Below, in pieces: positions 49,625-60,510 of a stretch of DNA of 64,000 nucleotides. The translations under genes and the position numbers were made by a program. The stretch lies in contig JAIPBM010000008.1 of the NCBI GenBank assembly GCA_021739695.1, positions 37,013-101,012 on the forward strand. Reading direction: 5' to 3'. The stretch is from Flavobacteriales bacterium (lineage in GTDB: Bacteria > Bacteroidota > Bacteroidia > UBA10329). The first letter of the stretch is position 1. Each line of letters opens with the position of its first letter. Below the pieces are notes generated by a model. That model searched no databases and was not told the origin of the DNA. It saw only the letters and a program-made list of their open reading frames with translations.

Positions 49625-49772
49625 GTGAATCTCTTTCTACGAAACGCTAAAATCGCCAAAATGGTGCCACCAATTGGTCTGTAAATCACAAAACTTGTGA
49701 ACGGGTTTCCAAGACCGCATGATTCTGACCTTCTGCAATGGTTAATTTCGCATCGAATCAAAACACGAAGTC

Positions 49773-50462
49773 ATGTCAAAAGTTCTATTGCTTGCTCTTA
49801 TTACCGTTTCGCTTATGTTCTCATCCTGTGATAATACAGGGAAAATGGTTGAGCGAGAATGGGTGGTTTACAATTCAGTTATGGATCAAGGTGATATTAT
49901 TACGGCAATCACTTGTTTGAACCGCATCGTTGCATTCGAAAAATACAATCCAGATGCCTTGGATACATTGGCAATACTTTATCTGAAAAGTGGATCGAAC
50001 GAAGCAGCGGCCAAAATTGCTACTCGTGCTCTCAATGTCAGAGAAAGTGATGTGTTGACGAAAGTTCTGGCAAAGGCAAATAAAGGATTGGGGAAATATG
50101 ATATCGCATTGGAAAACTATTCCAAGCTACTTGTAAAAACCCCTGAAGACCTGGAATTGATGTACGAAGTTGCTTACGCATACATCAACTTAAGTCGATT
50201 GAATGATGCGCTTCCTTTCGTTCAGAAGATCATTTCGCATCCTGAATCGGGAAGCGCTGTCATGCAAGAATTCATAAAAGAAGGAAGTCAGCTTTTACCA
50301 TATCGCGCTGTTGCTTTCAACATGCTTGGCTTTATCCAAACTCAAGCCAATGAACCAGAAGCTGCTATAAAGAGCTACGAAACGGCACTGCAAATATTCC
50401 CGAACTATTATTTGGCCAACAACAACTTGAAGCTACTTTCAGCCAAATTGGAGAAGAAATGA
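49773..50462 (+). CDS. TPR-repeat lipoprotein
   Basis: Lipobox FSSC; TPR-like helices (A...Y..AL..FPNY.LA.NNL). Confidence 0.8.
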   Translation: MSKVLLLALITVSLMFSSCDNTGKMVEREWVVYNSVMDQGDIITAITCLNRIVAFEKYNPDALDTLAILYLKSGSNEAAAKIATRALNVRESDVLTKVLAKANKGLGKYDIALENYSKLLVKTPEDLELMYEVAYAYINLSRLNDALPFVQKIISHPESGSAVMQEFIKEGSQLLPYRAVAFNMLGFIQTQANEPEAAIKSYETALQIFPNYYLANNNLKLLSAKLEKK

Positions 50463-51587
50463 TCAGTGGATCAAATTGAATATCCGCGACCAACGGATCT
50501 TCTCTGCCAATTTCGTTGCATCCTTATCGATGGATAGCCAAATGAACACTGCTTTTCCAACGATGTGGTCTTCAGGTACAAATCCCCAAAAACGACTATC
50601 GGCAGAATTGTGACGATTGTCTCCCATCATGAAATAGTAGTCCATTTGAAAAGTGTATGAATCCACTTGCATTCCGTTGATGTAGATCTGAGATTCTTCG
50701 ATCTTCAGATCATTGTGCTCGTAAAAGCTGATAAGACGCTCGTAAATCGGTAAGTTCTCAACCGTCAATTGTACGGTTTCACCTTTCTTTGGAATAGTGA
50801 TCGGACCGAAATTATCCACATTCCAATAGAACTTCTGCTTCTCATTTGACTTCAATTCTGGGTCAGAATTCGGAAATATATATTCAGCATATGTTCCTGG
50901 CTTGGCAATTTCCGCTTCTACAGACTGAACGTTATTCAACTCAGCGATCTTCTCCTTTGCCGCCTTGGTCATTGTCAAACTGAAATCCCCTTTCACAGAT
51001 GTACGTCCACCTTCGGTAATGTCTAATTTCCTAAGCACCAATTGATTGAAGCCCGTTCCATTGGTTTCAACATCATAAGAAGTTTGCATTCCTTCGGCCT
51101 GATAGGCTTCTTCACCGTTTATGTAAAGCACACCTTCTTTCACTTCAAGCACATCGTTCGGAATAGCCACGCATCGCTTAATGTAATTTTCGCGCTTATC
51201 CACCGGACGATAACCTTCCATCGGATAGTTGAAAACAACTACATCGTTATTCTTGATCTTGCTGAAACCAGGCAGACGATAGTATGGCAGTTTGATCCAC
51301 TCCAAATACGATTTGGTGCTAAGCGTACCGGGCATAGTATGATGTGCAAACGGAAACGCGATAGGCGTGTTGGGAATCCGTGGGCCATAGCTGACCTTGC
51401 TTACAAACAGAAAATCGCCAATAAGCAACGACTTCTCCATAGACGATGTAGGAATCGTATATGCCTCTATCAAGAATAAGCGAATAATGGTTGCCGCGAT
51501 GACCGCAAAAACGATGGCATCAACCCATTCTCGAACGAAACCTTTCTTTTGGGCAGGTTTTTCTTTCTTCCAAAATTTCCAATTCAT
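50463..51587 (-). CDS. lepB: Signal peptidase I
   Basis: IPTSSMEKSL, NYIKRCVA.P, MMGDNRHNSADSRFWG. Confidence 0.97.
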   Translation of the reverse strand: MNWKFWKKEKPAQKKGFVREWVDAIVFAVIAATIIRLFLIEAYTIPTSSMEKSLLIGDFLFVSKVSYGPRIPNTPIAFPFAHHTMPGTLSTKSYLEWIKLPYYRLPGFSKIKNNDVVVFNYPMEGYRPVDKRENYIKRCVAIPNDVLEVKEGVLYINGEEAYQAEGMQTSYDVETNGTGFNQLVLRKLDITEGGRTSVKGDFSLTMTKAAKEKIAELNNVQSVEAEIAKPGTYAEYIFPNSDPELKSNEKQKFYWNVDNFGPITIPKKGETVQLTVENLPIYERLISFYEHNDLKIEESQIYINGMQVDSYTFQMDYYFMMGDNRHNSADSRFWGFVPEDHIVGKAVFIWLSIDKDATKLAEKIRWSRIFNLIH

Positions 51588-51614
51588 GGCCGAAGTAACT
51601 GATCTATTGATGAT

Positions 51615-52355
51615 TTATTTAGCGAAGCCCTCAAACTTAACATCCTTTATGAGGTCGCTCATGGTGTATACACCCTTTTTCTTTACCAGCCATTCTGCGG
51701 CAAGTACTGCACCTTTTGCAAATCCCACGCGGCTTTTTGCCGTATGAATGAGTTGTATCTCATCAATCTCAGATTCGTAGGTGACCACATGCGTTCCAGG
51801 AACATCGCTTTCTCGATGAGAAATGATCTCAAGTTCATAGTCTTTATCAGATGCGTGGTTCACCCAAACATCTTTACGATCTAAGGCATCAATGATATCG
51901 TTTCCCAATTTAATGGCTGTGCCACTTGGCGAATCAACCTTACCTGTATGGTGCGTCTCATCTACAACCACTCGGTAACCTTCATGCTCGTTCATCAATT
52001 TGGCAAGCACCTTATTTGCTTCGAAAAACAAATTGACCCCAACACTGAAGTTAGAAGCATAGAGCAGTGCCTGATTATGTCGGTGACAGACCTCTTTCAC
52101 ATGATCCAGCTGACCGAACCAGCCAGTGGTTCCAACCACTACGGGCGTATTGGCATCAAAGCATTTGAATATATTGCTGACCACGCTATGTGGCATCGAG
52201 AATTCGATGGCCACATCTGCGGCAGCCAACTCTTCCTCTTTACCGATCCAATCATCGGCATCGTTGAATTTCACTACAATTTCGTGTCCACGCTGCAAGG
52301 CGACCTTTTCAATCTCCTTGCCCATTTTCCCGTATCCTGAAAGTGCGATTTTCAT
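51615..52355 (-). CDS. dapB: 4-hydroxy-tetrahydrodipicolinate reductase
   Basis: GYGKMG, VVGTTGW, SNFSVGVN, ETHH..K.DSPSGTA, H.AKSR.GFA.GA. Confidence 0.96.
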   Translation of the reverse strand: MKIALSGYGKMGKEIEKVALQRGHEIVVKFNDADDWIGKEEELAAADVAIEFSMPHSVVSNIFKCFDANTPVVVGTTGWFGQLDHVKEVCHRHNQALLYASNFSVGVNLFFEANKVLAKLMNEHEGYRVVVDETHHTGKVDSPSGTAIKLGNDIIDALDRKDVWVNHASDKDYELEIISHRESDVPGTHVVTYESEIDEIQLIHTAKSRVGFAKGAVLAAEWLVKKKGVYTMSDLIKDVKFEGFAK

Positions 52356-52392
52356 ACTTGACAAATAGCGTGATTCACGCAAAAGTAGAGTT

Positions 52393-52989
52393 TTATTTAA
52401 GGTGGAGCGTGAGCGCAAAGGTTGGGGTCGGAGTGAACTCCGGTCCGATCAGCTGCATGGCTGGTCTCACTTTTAGCGTTAGGTCATCACTTACGTCAAA
52501 ACCTTTCAGGTGCGCATCAACCGTGGCATCTATGATATTCAATGCATAGATAACACCCGTAAAAATCAGTGAAAGGTCTCTGTTGCGTTTATAAAAGTCT
52601 ACAAGTTCGCGCAAATTGGCATCGGAATAAACGCCTACAAACTCATCCTTCGTGTTCGGGTCACCATCAACTCTAATTAGGTATGCAGTCCTGTAGGTTC
52701 TACACTTCATATCGTTGAACACAGAACTATAGATAAGACCACCAAAAGCACCATAGATGATCGGTACTTTCCACCATTTACCATTATACACTTGACCCAA
52801 ACCGGGCAATGCTGTGCTCATGATAGATGCACGAACGGGTGAATGTTTCTTTACGATTACCGAATCAGCTTGCTCTACCTGAGCAATTGTGTCATTTTCT
52901 TGAGCACGGACTTTCGTTGCCGAAATGATCAGAACCAGAAATAATGGTATGAGATACCGATTCAAAAAGTGCTTTTTGGTTATGGCCAA
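52393..52989 (-). CDS. DUF5683 family protein
   Basis: SP.RA...S..LPGLGQ.YN.K.WK.PI.Y, NIIDATVDAHL..FDVSDDL; conserved position after parB. Start uncertain. Confidence 0.82.
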   Translation of the reverse strand: MAITKKHFLNRYLIPLFLVLIISATKVRAQENDTIAQVEQADSVIVKKHSPVRASIMSTALPGLGQVYNGKWWKVPIIYGAFGGLIYSSVFNDMKCRTYRTAYLIRVDGDPNTKDEFVGVYSDANLRELVDFYKRNRDLSLIFTGVIYALNIIDATVDAHLKGFDVSDDLTLKVRPAMQLIGPEFTPTPTFALTLHLK

Positions 52990-53867
52990 AGATCCAAGAT
53001 GGATAGCACACGTTTCAGTTCCTTCTCATTGTCAAATGCAATGGAGATGGTGCCTTTTCCTTTTGCGTTCACTTTCAAACCAACCTCCGCATCGAGCTGA
53101 CGCTTCACATTATCCTGTATGCGCTTGTATTCTATCGGAAGTTCCTTTTTAAGACCTGTCTTTGCTGATTCTTTGGCCGTTTTAGATGCTTGCTCCGTTG
53201 CACGTACGGAAAGCCCACCTTTCACAATTTCTTGAAACAAACGCAATTGTTCGTTCTCATCTTCCATATTGATGATGGCACGGGCATGTCCCATCGTCAG
53301 CACCTTATCAATAAGCGCTTTCTGAATCTGTGGAGGAAGCTTCAACAGCCTCAAATAATTTGTCACTGTGGAACGCTTCATTCCAACGCGTTCACCTAGC
53401 GCTTCCTGCGTCAGTTTGCATTCATCAATCAATCGCTGATAAGACAATGCTACTTCTATCGCGTCAAGGTCATCTCGCTGAATGTTCTCCACCAAAGCCA
53501 TTTCCAACATGGCTTGATCGTTGGCCACACGCACATAAGCGGGAACTTCGGTCAAACCAGCTAACTGCGAAGCTCTGAACCTACGTTCTCCGGAAATGAG
53601 TTGGTAGTGATTCGGGCGAACCATCCGAACGGTAAGCGGTTGTATGATTCCCAGTTGGGCAATGGATGCGGACAGTTCATCCAACTTCTCCTGATCAAAT
53701 CGTGTCCGTGGTTGAAACGGATTTGCCTCAATTTGAGAAACGGGAATACCGCTAATCATTCCTGATGCCGATTCACTTGAATTTAAATTTGATTGGGATG
53801 TCAGACCAGAGTCTGAGTTGTCGAGCAATGCTCCAAGCCCTCTACCTAACGCACTTTTCTTGCTCAT
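52980..53867 (-). CDS. parB: ParB/Spo0J chromosome partitioning protein
   Basis: ALGRGLGALL, NPFQPR, LISGERRFRA, ALVENIQR.DL, RSTVTNYLRLL. Confidence 0.97.
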   Translation of the reverse strand: MSKKSALGRGLGALLDNSDSGLTSQSNLNSSESASGMISGIPVSQIEANPFQPRTRFDQEKLDELSASIAQLGIIQPLTVRMVRPNHYQLISGERRFRASQLAGLTEVPAYVRVANDQAMLEMALVENIQRDDLDAIEVALSYQRLIDECKLTQEALGERVGMKRSTVTNYLRLLKLPPQIQKALIDKVLTMGHARAIINMEDENEQLRLFQEIVKGGLSVRATEQASKTAKESAKTGLKKELPIEYKRIQDNVKRQLDAEVGLKVNAKGKGTISIAFDNEKELKRVLSILDLWP

Positions 53868-54667
53868 CAGCTCAATATTTTCTCACTCTCCTTTAATCGT
53901 GTCATTCCATTCTTCTGAAGGATCTCGCGCGCAAGATTCAGATAATTGGTTGCTCCTTTCGAAGCCGAATCATGCATGATGATGCTCTTACCATAACTTG
54001 GAGCTTCGCCCAACTTCGTGTTTCGGGCAATGACAGTATCGAACACCAATTGCTGAAAGTGCATTTTCACTTCTTCCACTACTTGATTTGCCAAACGCAG
54101 GCGCTGATCGTACATGGTCAGCAACAGTCCTTCCATTTCCAGATCGGGGTTTAAGCGTGCCTGAATGATCTTTATTGTGTTCAGCAATTTCCCAAGTCCT
54201 TCCAAGGCAAAGTATTCGCACTGAATTGGAATAAGCACGCTATCAGCGGCAGTAAGGCAATTTACCGTGATCAATCCCAATGAAGGAGAACAATCGACCA
54301 CAATGAAATCATAATCGTTCTTGATCTTGTTCAAAACCAACTTCACCATCATTTCCCTGTTCGGCAGATTGATCATTTCAATTTCCGCCCCAACCAGATC
54401 GATATGTGCCGGCAAGACATCCAAATTGGGTGTTTCCGTGTGAAGGATGATATCATTTGGCTCAGCTTCGCCAATAATGCATTCGTAAATGCTGGTCTTA
54501 ATGTTCCTAGGATCGAAACCGACTCCTGAAGTGGAATTGGCCTGTGGATCTGCATCTACCAACAGCACTTTGTATTCCAACACCGCCAAACTGGCCGCCA
54601 AATTGATGGCCGTTGTGGTCTTTCCAACTCCCCCCTTCTGATTTGCAATGGCTATGATCTTACTCAT
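53867..54667 (-). CDS. parA: ParA/Soj ATPase
   Basis: ANQKGGVGKTTT, DADPQAN, DCSPSLG, QCEYFALEG, EAPSYG. Confidence 0.97.
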   Translation of the reverse strand: MSKIIAIANQKGGVGKTTTAINLAASLAVLEYKVLLVDADPQANSTSGVGFDPRNIKTSIYECIIGEAEPNDIILHTETPNLDVLPAHIDLVGAEIEMINLPNREMMVKLVLNKIKNDYDFIVVDCSPSLGLITVNCLTAADSVLIPIQCEYFALEGLGKLLNTIKIIQARLNPDLEMEGLLLTMYDQRLRLANQVVEEVKMHFQQLVFDTVIARNTKLGEAPSYGKSIIMHDSASKGATNYLNLAREILQKNGMTRLKESEKILS

Positions 54668-54690
54668 CTTTCTCCTCTAATTTCTGCATG

Positions 54691-54698
54691 CAAAGTTA
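54691..54698 (-). promoter_or_regulatory. -7 promoter element (TAACTTTG) for parA
   Basis: Reverse complement of CAAAGTTA, 23 nt before the start. Confidence 0.55.
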
Positions 54699-54767
54699 GC
54701 CTATCTACTTACCGCATAAACTGCATGTTTTTAACAAAACAGCACGCTTACTAACAGTTTCAACTGT

Positions 54768-55190
54768 TCATAAAGTCAGTTTCCGAAGCCTGAACCATCG
54801 TACAAGTAAATACGAAAGCAGACCAACTGGACCTACAAAAAGCGTGAGCAAAAGGCAAGGGAAAACAGCTAAATGCTTGAGTTTATTGTGTACCGCATCT
54901 CGCACGATCCATGAACCGATGAATAGATCGAAAACCAAATAATGCACCCAACCTAGCACTAAGATCTCATCTCTAGTAAACGATAATTTTAAATGTTCTA
55001 AGGAATCCATTCCTCCTTCTCCACCAAATGACGTGACCAACAAAACGATGTAAAGAGTACCAAGAACAATTGGATACAGATAAGATTGAACGACCGCCTG
55101 CGTGACCCTGTGCTTAGGAAAAAACACCAGAAGAAACCAACCAGGCAATACAGAAAGGTTAGCAATCTTAAACAGCAGCGCGTAACTCAT
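54768..55190 (-). CDS. ABA4-like (DUF4281) membrane protein
   Basis: LPGW.LL.F.P, GWVHYL.FDLF.G.W, L.LT...GP.GLL.Y. Confidence 0.85.
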   Translation of the reverse strand: MSYALLFKIANLSVLPGWFLLVFFPKHRVTQAVVQSYLYPIVLGTLYIVLLVTSFGGEGGMDSLEHLKLSFTRDEILVLGWVHYLVFDLFIGSWIVRDAVHNKLKHLAVFPCLLLTLFVGPVGLLSYLLVRWFRLRKLTL

Positions 55191-55423
55191 CCGAGGTGAA
55201 TCTTTTCAATGATGTCTGCCAATTTTCTGTCTTTGGCTGTAATAACATTTCCTTCATCGTGTGTGGTTAAACAGACCTCCACCTTATTGTAACTATTGGA
55301 CCAATTAGGGTGATGGTTCATTTTTTCTGCTTCGACAGCAACTTTGGTCATAAAGGCAAATGCCTCTACAAAATCATTGAACTCGAACTTGGCAATAAGT
55401 TGACCTTCCTTCTCTTTCCACAT
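55187..55423 (-). CDS. phhB: Pterin-4-alpha-carbinolamine dehydratase
   Basis: [24 protein letters not shown]...LTTHD. Confidence 0.93.
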   Translation of the reverse strand: MWKEKEGQLIAKFEFNDFVEAFAFMTKVAVEAEKMNHHPNWSNSYNKVEVCLTTHDEGNVITAKDRKLADIIEKIHLG

Positions 55424-55438
55424 GGCGAATGAATGTAC

Positions 55439-55468
55439 AAAAAAAGGCGAACCGTACGGCTCGCCTTT
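55439..55468 (-). terminator. Intrinsic terminator
   Basis: AAAAAAAGGCGAACC-GTAC-GGCTCGCCTTT. Confidence 0.7.
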
Positions 55469-55490
55469 AAAGTTCTCTGATTCAAAACGA

Positions 55491-57791
55491 TTAGCTTGAA
55501 ATACGATACCATTTTGACCCCATGAACATAATTATTGCTCCTTCTCCATGTTCGACATTGAAGTCCTCGATGAATTGCTGGGTTCCTTGGTTTTTCTTGA
55601 ATTCAACTTTATCGTTACTAGCTGTATTTACAACATAGATAATCTGACCATCTACACCACCGGATAGCCCTCTGATGTCCTTATCATTACTGTAAGTTAC
55701 TTCAAGAATGGATACTCCTGACACATCTTGACTGGTTACATTACTTGAAAGAGAAAGACTAAGTGTCGTACCCGAACTACCGCCAGATGGAATAGTTTGT
55801 GTAGAAAGGGTTCCGTTTGAAGAAGCAACCACCATTCTTGTTCCGCTTCCCGCAAGATCCGAGATTCGTGCATCGCCACTAACATGCAAAGATGTGCTCG
55901 GAGAGGATGTTCCAATGCCTACCTTACCTGATGAGCGATAAACGTTGGAACCACTTTGACTCCAAACACTGCTTCCACCGCTTGGAATTGCTTGAGTAGA
56001 AAGGTCTCCATTCGCATCGGCCACCACCATTCTTGTTCCACTACCACCCAGATCTGTGATACGTGCATCACCGCTTACATGAAGGGTAGCCTGTGGATTA
56101 TTATTGCCGAAACCGATATTACCTGACGAACCGCTGATAAAAATGCTGTTCTCGGTACTATTTCGAGTGAGAACAAAATCATGATCATAACTATTCATGT
56201 AAGCTCTGTTCGTGAAAATACCCGATGTGCTGGAATTGGCAAACCCGAATGTTGCTGACAATGACCCTGACTGATCCATGAAATCAACACTGCTCCAACC
56301 ATTACTTGCACTGCTTTGTAGCGTCATCACATTGGCATTGGAAGTGCTGCTAATAACATGCAAAGCTGTGCTTGGAGAAGATGTTCCAATTCCCACCTTA
56401 CCTGATGAGCGATAAACGTTTGAACCACTTTGACTCCAAAGGCTGCTTCCACCGCCTGGAATTGCCTGAGTAGAAAGGTCTCCATTCGCATCGGCCACCA
56501 CCATTCTTGTTCCACTTCCAGCCAGATCAGAGATTCGTGCATCGCCACTGACATGCAACTTAGCAACCGGATTACTTGTGCCAACTCCGATATTCCCTGT
56601 ATTGATTATTGTCAGTGCCTGAACAACATCACTTGGAAAGTTATCTGCAAACGTTCCTCCTGCCCCATTTGCAACCCCTCGCTTAACCAAGAACGCCAAA
56701 CCTGCAGAGTAGCTGTCATAATCTATCATCTGAATCGCTGCTCCAGGGTTTGAAAAACCGCCTCTTCCAAAACCAATTTCAGGACCTTCTGCAGGGTTTG
56801 GAACTGCTGTTGTTCCACCAAGAGATACGCCACTGGTTCCATTTCCATAAATATGTAAGCGTGTGTCAGGATTAGTAGTTCCCATACCGATACTTCCTGT
56901 CGGCAAAATGGTCATTCGAGAATCAGTTAGTGATAAGGACTGATTGTCTTGAGTCCCAGATACCATGAAGTGAAGTTTACCATAACCGTAGTTACCAATT
57001 CGTTCATGGAAAATACCTGCTTTCATCCAATCTCCTGCTCCTTCACTGTTGAAACCAATACCTACTCCATTACCTCCTGTTTGCGTTCCGTTTGTATTTC
57101 GTATAAACAATGGCATATTCATTCCATTGTTATTTACTTGCAAATGAAGTAATTGATTCGGAGTAGCTGTACCAATCCCCACGTTTCCACTCTCACTTAT
57201 TCGCATCAATTCTGTCGGTGACGTCATGCTGTTCTTACCGAAACGGATAGCGCGGGTATCACTGTCATTATTATTATAATCCATGGTGATGTAAACATCA
57301 TCTTCACCACTCATTCGAATGTTTCCGTTGTCATCATAGATATCATCATTGACGATGATCTTACCTCCAACGTGCAGCTTTTCGAGCGGAACAGCTACCC
57401 CAATGCCCACATTACCATCATCAGCAATTCGGATTCCCTCGCTGCCTCCATCATTGGAAAGCCAATGGTCGTCCATTTGAATATTCGCAGCAGCAATATG
57501 ATCACCGAAGTTATCTGCTCCTCCTCCGAATTCTGTCCAAACGGTTCCATTATAATACTTGAATCCTTTGGTTGCATTCGTCTGATACACAATCAACCCT
57601 TCAGTTGGACCGCTGATGGCGTTCATCTGAGCCTGTGTCATCTTTGGCAGAAGAAACCCGGATGTTGTCGATCTCAATTCGAGTAATGCGTCAGTATTAG
57701 GAGTAAAGCTGGTATTGCCAATTCCTACATTCTGCGCAAAGGCAACGGCACTTGAAAAGGTGCAAATTAGGGTGAGTACTTGTCTGTTCAT
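55491..57791 (-). CDS. Secreted fibre/adhesin-like protein with VGIGT..P...LHV repeats
   Basis: Signal peptide; QNVGIG..LLELRS...[18 protein letters not shown]; about 7 G(N/K)VGIG..P..LH motifs; duplicated [24 protein letters not shown] block. Confidence 0.82.
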   Translation of the reverse strand: MNRQVLTLICTFSSAVAFAQNVGIGNTSFTPNTDALLELRSTTSGFLLPKMTQAQMNAISGPTEGLIVYQTNATKGFKYYNGTVWTEFGGGADNFGDHIAAANIQMDDHWLSNDGGSEGIRIADDGNVGIGVAVPLEKLHVGGKIIVNDDIYDDNGNIRMSGEDDVYITMDYNNNDSDTRAIRFGKNSMTSPTELMRISESGNVGIGTATPNQLLHLQVNNNGMNMPLFIRNTNGTQTGGNGVGIGFNSEGAGDWMKAGIFHERIGNYGYGKLHFMVSGTQDNQSLSLTDSRMTILPTGSIGMGTTNPDTRLHIYGNGTSGVSLGGTTAVPNPAEGPEIGFGRGGFSNPGAAIQMIDYDSYSAGLAFLVKRGVANGAGGTFADNFPSDVVQALTIINTGNIGVGTSNPVAKLHVSGDARISDLAGSGTRMVVADANGDLSTQAIPGGGSSLWSQSGSNVYRSSGKVGIGTSSPSTALHVISSTSNANVMTLQSSASNGWSSVDFMDQSGSLSATFGFANSSTSGIFTNRAYMNSYDHDFVLTRNSTENSIFISGSSGNIGFGNNNPQATLHVSGDARITDLGGSGTRMVVADANGDLSTQAIPSGGSSVWSQSGSNVYRSSGKVGIGTSSPSTSLHVSGDARISDLAGSGTRMVVASSNGTLSTQTIPSGGSSGTTLSLSLSSNVTSQDVSGVSILEVTYSNDKDIRGLSGGVDGQIIYVVNTASNDKVEFKKNQGTQQFIEDFNVEHGEGAIIMFMGSKWYRISS

Positions 57792-57937
57792 CAGTTCCTG
57801 TTTCTAGTATTCTGGCTTGTCTAACGAAAGCAAGAAGGAATGGTTAGCTTATTTGGAGATTTATCGATAAACGGCTTTTTCGATTCCGACATTTCTTCGT
57901 TTAACTTCGACCGATCGTTATTTCCCCCCGATAAACA

Positions 57938-59365
57938 TTGAATACGTCAAAGACCGCATACGACCGACTGATTGCTGAACTCCCTTTCAAGCCCACATTG
58001 GGGCAAGAAGGGTTTGTTTATCGGCTTTCTGAATTCCTGACCGAGCAGAACGTTGGAAAAGTGTTCCTGCTGCGCGGATATGCCGGAACTGGTAAGACTT
58101 CGATGGTAATAAGTGTGGTTAAAACCCTGAAGGCGATGAACCGCAAGTTTGCGTTGCTAGCTCCAACAGGCCGGGCAGCCAAAGTATTGGCAGCATACAC
58201 CAAACAGCGAGCGTTCACCATCCACAAGTTTATTTATCAGATCACTACAGATGAGTTCGGGAATATCCGTTTTGCGTTGCGACATAATAGAGGTAAGAAT
58301 GCGGTGATCATTGTGGATGAAGCATCGATGATATCCTTGTCTAGAGATGCAGGTTCAGGGAGAATTCAATCTAAGAATCTCCTTTCCGACCTCATGAAAT
58401 TCTTAGAGGAGGGCAAGGATTGTAAGCTGATCCTTATTGGCGATACGGCTCAGTTGCCCCCCATTGGATCGGCCGATAGCCCCGCGCTTGACGGAAAAGT
58501 TCTACAGACGAATTTCAGTTTTGAACCAGAAATGCAGCACGAACTGCGCGAGGTGGTCCGTCAGGAAGCCGATTCGGGCATTCTGACCAACGCCACCGAG
58601 CTTCGGAATCTGTTGCAATCTGGAAAATCAGACATCTTACTAAAGGTGAACTTTCCAGACATTAAGGTAATAGACATGCTTGAGCTGGAAGATGAACTGA
58701 ATTCGGCTTACGGTCTTTATGGCGAAGATAACGCCATGGTCATTACACGTTCGAACAAGAGCGCCAACCAGTTCAATCAGCAGATCCGCTTACGCATTAA
58801 GTACATGGATGATGAAATTGCTTCCACCGATAAACTGATGGTAGTGAAGAACAATTATCATTGGCTACCCAAGGGTTCGGGTGCTGGTTTTATTGCCAAT
58901 GGCGATATGATTGAGATCATGCGGCTTGGCGCATTGGAAGAAATGCACGGGTTCCGTTTTGCCAATGCTACGGTCCGTTTGATGGATTATCCGAGCGAAG
59001 ATTCGTTGGATGTAAAATTGCTGCTGAATGCGCTGCATGTGGAAGCGCCTTCACTTCCAGACTCGGATTACGAGCAACTGTACAACTCGGTCTGTTTGAG
59101 CTACGCGGATATTCCAACACCATCCGAACAGGCCAAAAAAGTTGCTGAGGATCCGTACCTGCATGCGCTTCAGGTAAAGTTCGGTTATGCCATAACCTGC
59201 CATAAGGCACAGGGCGGGCAATGGCCTGCCGTGTTTGTCGACCAAGGTTACCTAACGGCCGAAATGTTGGGCGTTGAATACGTGCGATGGCTCTATACTG
59301 CTATTACCCGTGCTTCAGAGAAACTGTATCTGGTCAATTTCAACGAGCAGTTTATTGAGCAATAG
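57938..59365 (+). CDS. RecD-like ATP-dependent DNA helicase (SF1B)
   Basis: GYAGTGKT, APTGRAA, TIHK, VDEASM, GDTAQLPP, YAITCHKAQGGQW, LYTAITRA. Confidence 0.92.
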   Translation: MNTSKTAYDRLIAELPFKPTLGQEGFVYRLSEFLTEQNVGKVFLLRGYAGTGKTSMVISVVKTLKAMNRKFALLAPTGRAAKVLAAYTKQRAFTIHKFIYQITTDEFGNIRFALRHNRGKNAVIIVDEASMISLSRDAGSGRIQSKNLLSDLMKFLEEGKDCKLILIGDTAQLPPIGSADSPALDGKVLQTNFSFEPEMQHELREVVRQEADSGILTNATELRNLLQSGKSDILLKVNFPDIKVIDMLELEDELNSAYGLYGEDNAMVITRSNKSANQFNQQIRLRIKYMDDEIASTDKLMVVKNNYHWLPKGSGAGFIANGDMIEIMRLGALEEMHGFRFANATVRLMDYPSEDSLDVKLLLNALHVEAPSLPDSDYEQLYNSVCLSYADIPTPSEQAKKVAEDPYLHALQVKFGYAITCHKAQGGQWPAVFVDQGYLTAEMLGVEYVRWLYTAITRASEKLYLVNFNEQFIEQ

Positions 59366-60296
59366 CTTGTAGAACAGGCTTCCCATCCCAACATTCGGGC
59401 GCTTTAATTCCAAGAAGATAAGCCAACGTGGCGGCTGTATCGTAGGTTTTCACCTCTACTTGCAATTCGCCATTTACCACTCCTGTTCCGGTGAGAATCC
59501 AAGGCACGAAGCGTTCTTCGGGTGTATCGCCACCATGTCCGTGGCCAATGCCTCCGTGGTCGGCAGTGATGAGGATGACGGTGCTTTCCAATTCGCCAGA
59601 AGCTTTTACGGCATTCACCATTTTCTTGATCATTCTATCCGTTTCAGAAACTGCAGCATAATACTGTGGTGTTCCGTGCCCATCGTGGTGGCCTGCGTGA
59701 TCTACCAGGTCCAAATGCACGAACATGAAATCGGGTTTCTGCTTTTTGAAATAGTTGGAAGCCATGCGGGTAATTCCCTTGTAGCCGTGATGAGATGCGG
59801 CCTGCAGCAGAATGGCATCTCGCTGACGGTTGACCACGCCTTTCTCGAACAGGCGATTGAAGGCCAACCAATCGTTGAAGCAGGCAATTTTGGAATCTGG
59901 TTTCTGTCTTCTGAGCTCTCCGAAAACAGTAGGCCAGATACCGCTTGGCTTGCCATTGCCTTTTGTGCCTTGGCATTCCAATTCGATGGTCTGTTTGTGC
60001 GGTTGCCACGCGTTGGAGGTAATGCCATGTTTTTCTGGCCCAGCCCCCATGATCATGCTTGCCCAGTTGGGGCTACTGCTAGTTGGCAACACGGCTTCGC
60101 ACTTCCACGTGTAAGCAGCCACTTTAAGGATGCTATCGATGGTGGGTGTTTCGGCCTTGTGTATCCCGTCAGGACTCATACCATCCACCCCAATGACTAT
60201 GACGTGTTTGATGGCAGGCGCTTGGGCCTGGGAGAAAAAGGGGAAAAGGAGGCTGATACGAATTACGAATGAAAAACGAATATACGAATGGCGCAT
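59352..60296 (-). CDS. Alkaline-phosphatase-superfamily nucleotide pyrophosphatase/phosphodiesterase
   Basis: VIVIGVDG, PTSSSPNWAS, VDHAGH, ITADHGG, DTAATLA. Confidence 0.88.
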   Translation of the reverse strand: MRHSYIRFSFVIRISLLFPFFSQAQAPAIKHVIVIGVDGMSPDGIHKAETPTIDSILKVAAYTWKCEAVLPTSSSPNWASMIMGAGPEKHGITSNAWQPHKQTIELECQGTKGNGKPSGIWPTVFGELRRQKPDSKIACFNDWLAFNRLFEKGVVNRQRDAILLQAASHHGYKGITRMASNYFKKQKPDFMFVHLDLVDHAGHHDGHGTPQYYAAVSETDRMIKKMVNAVKASGELESTVILITADHGGIGHGHGGDTPEERFVPWILTGTGVVNGELQVEVKTYDTAATLAYLLGIKAPECWDGKPVLQAIAQ

Positions 60297-60510
60297 TCTC
60301 AGGGTAATCGGTTTTTAGTGAACAATTGACATCATAAAGCCACAGATGCACAGATTTGCACAGATTCTTTCACAGAGAAAACCAATCCACGAAATCAGTG
60401 AAAATCTGTGCATCTGTGGCTAAAAACATGTTTTTCAATATGCTTGAAAATAACACCTGATTGCCCTAGTGGCATACTGCTACGTTTGGCGGAATTCGTA
60501 ATTCGTATCA
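60254..60510. repeat. Nested inverted-repeat element (three layers; MITE/REP-like)
   Basis: TGATACGAATTACGAAT (60254-70) / ATTCGTAATTCGTATCA (60494-510); AGGGTAATCGG (60301) / CTGATTGCCCT (60457); AGCCACAGATGCACAGATTT (60338) / AAATCTGTGCATCTGTGGCT (to 60421). Confidence 0.8.

Noticed and set aside
33187-54767. oriC or parS near dnaN/parAB
   Set aside because: Only isolated degenerate DnaA-box-like words (TTATCAACA near 33194, TTACTAACA near 54748) and parS half-sites (for example TGTTTCACGT at 62881 inside galK). No box cluster or full palindrome was seen by eye.
35681-57791. Prophage or tailocin suggested by fibre-like genes
   Set aside because: The fibres have Sec signal peptides, and there are no capsid, sheath, baseplate, terminase or lysis genes.
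59460-60272. 270-aa plus-strand ORF
   Set aside because: Antisense shadow of the phosphodiesterase; no recognisable motifs.
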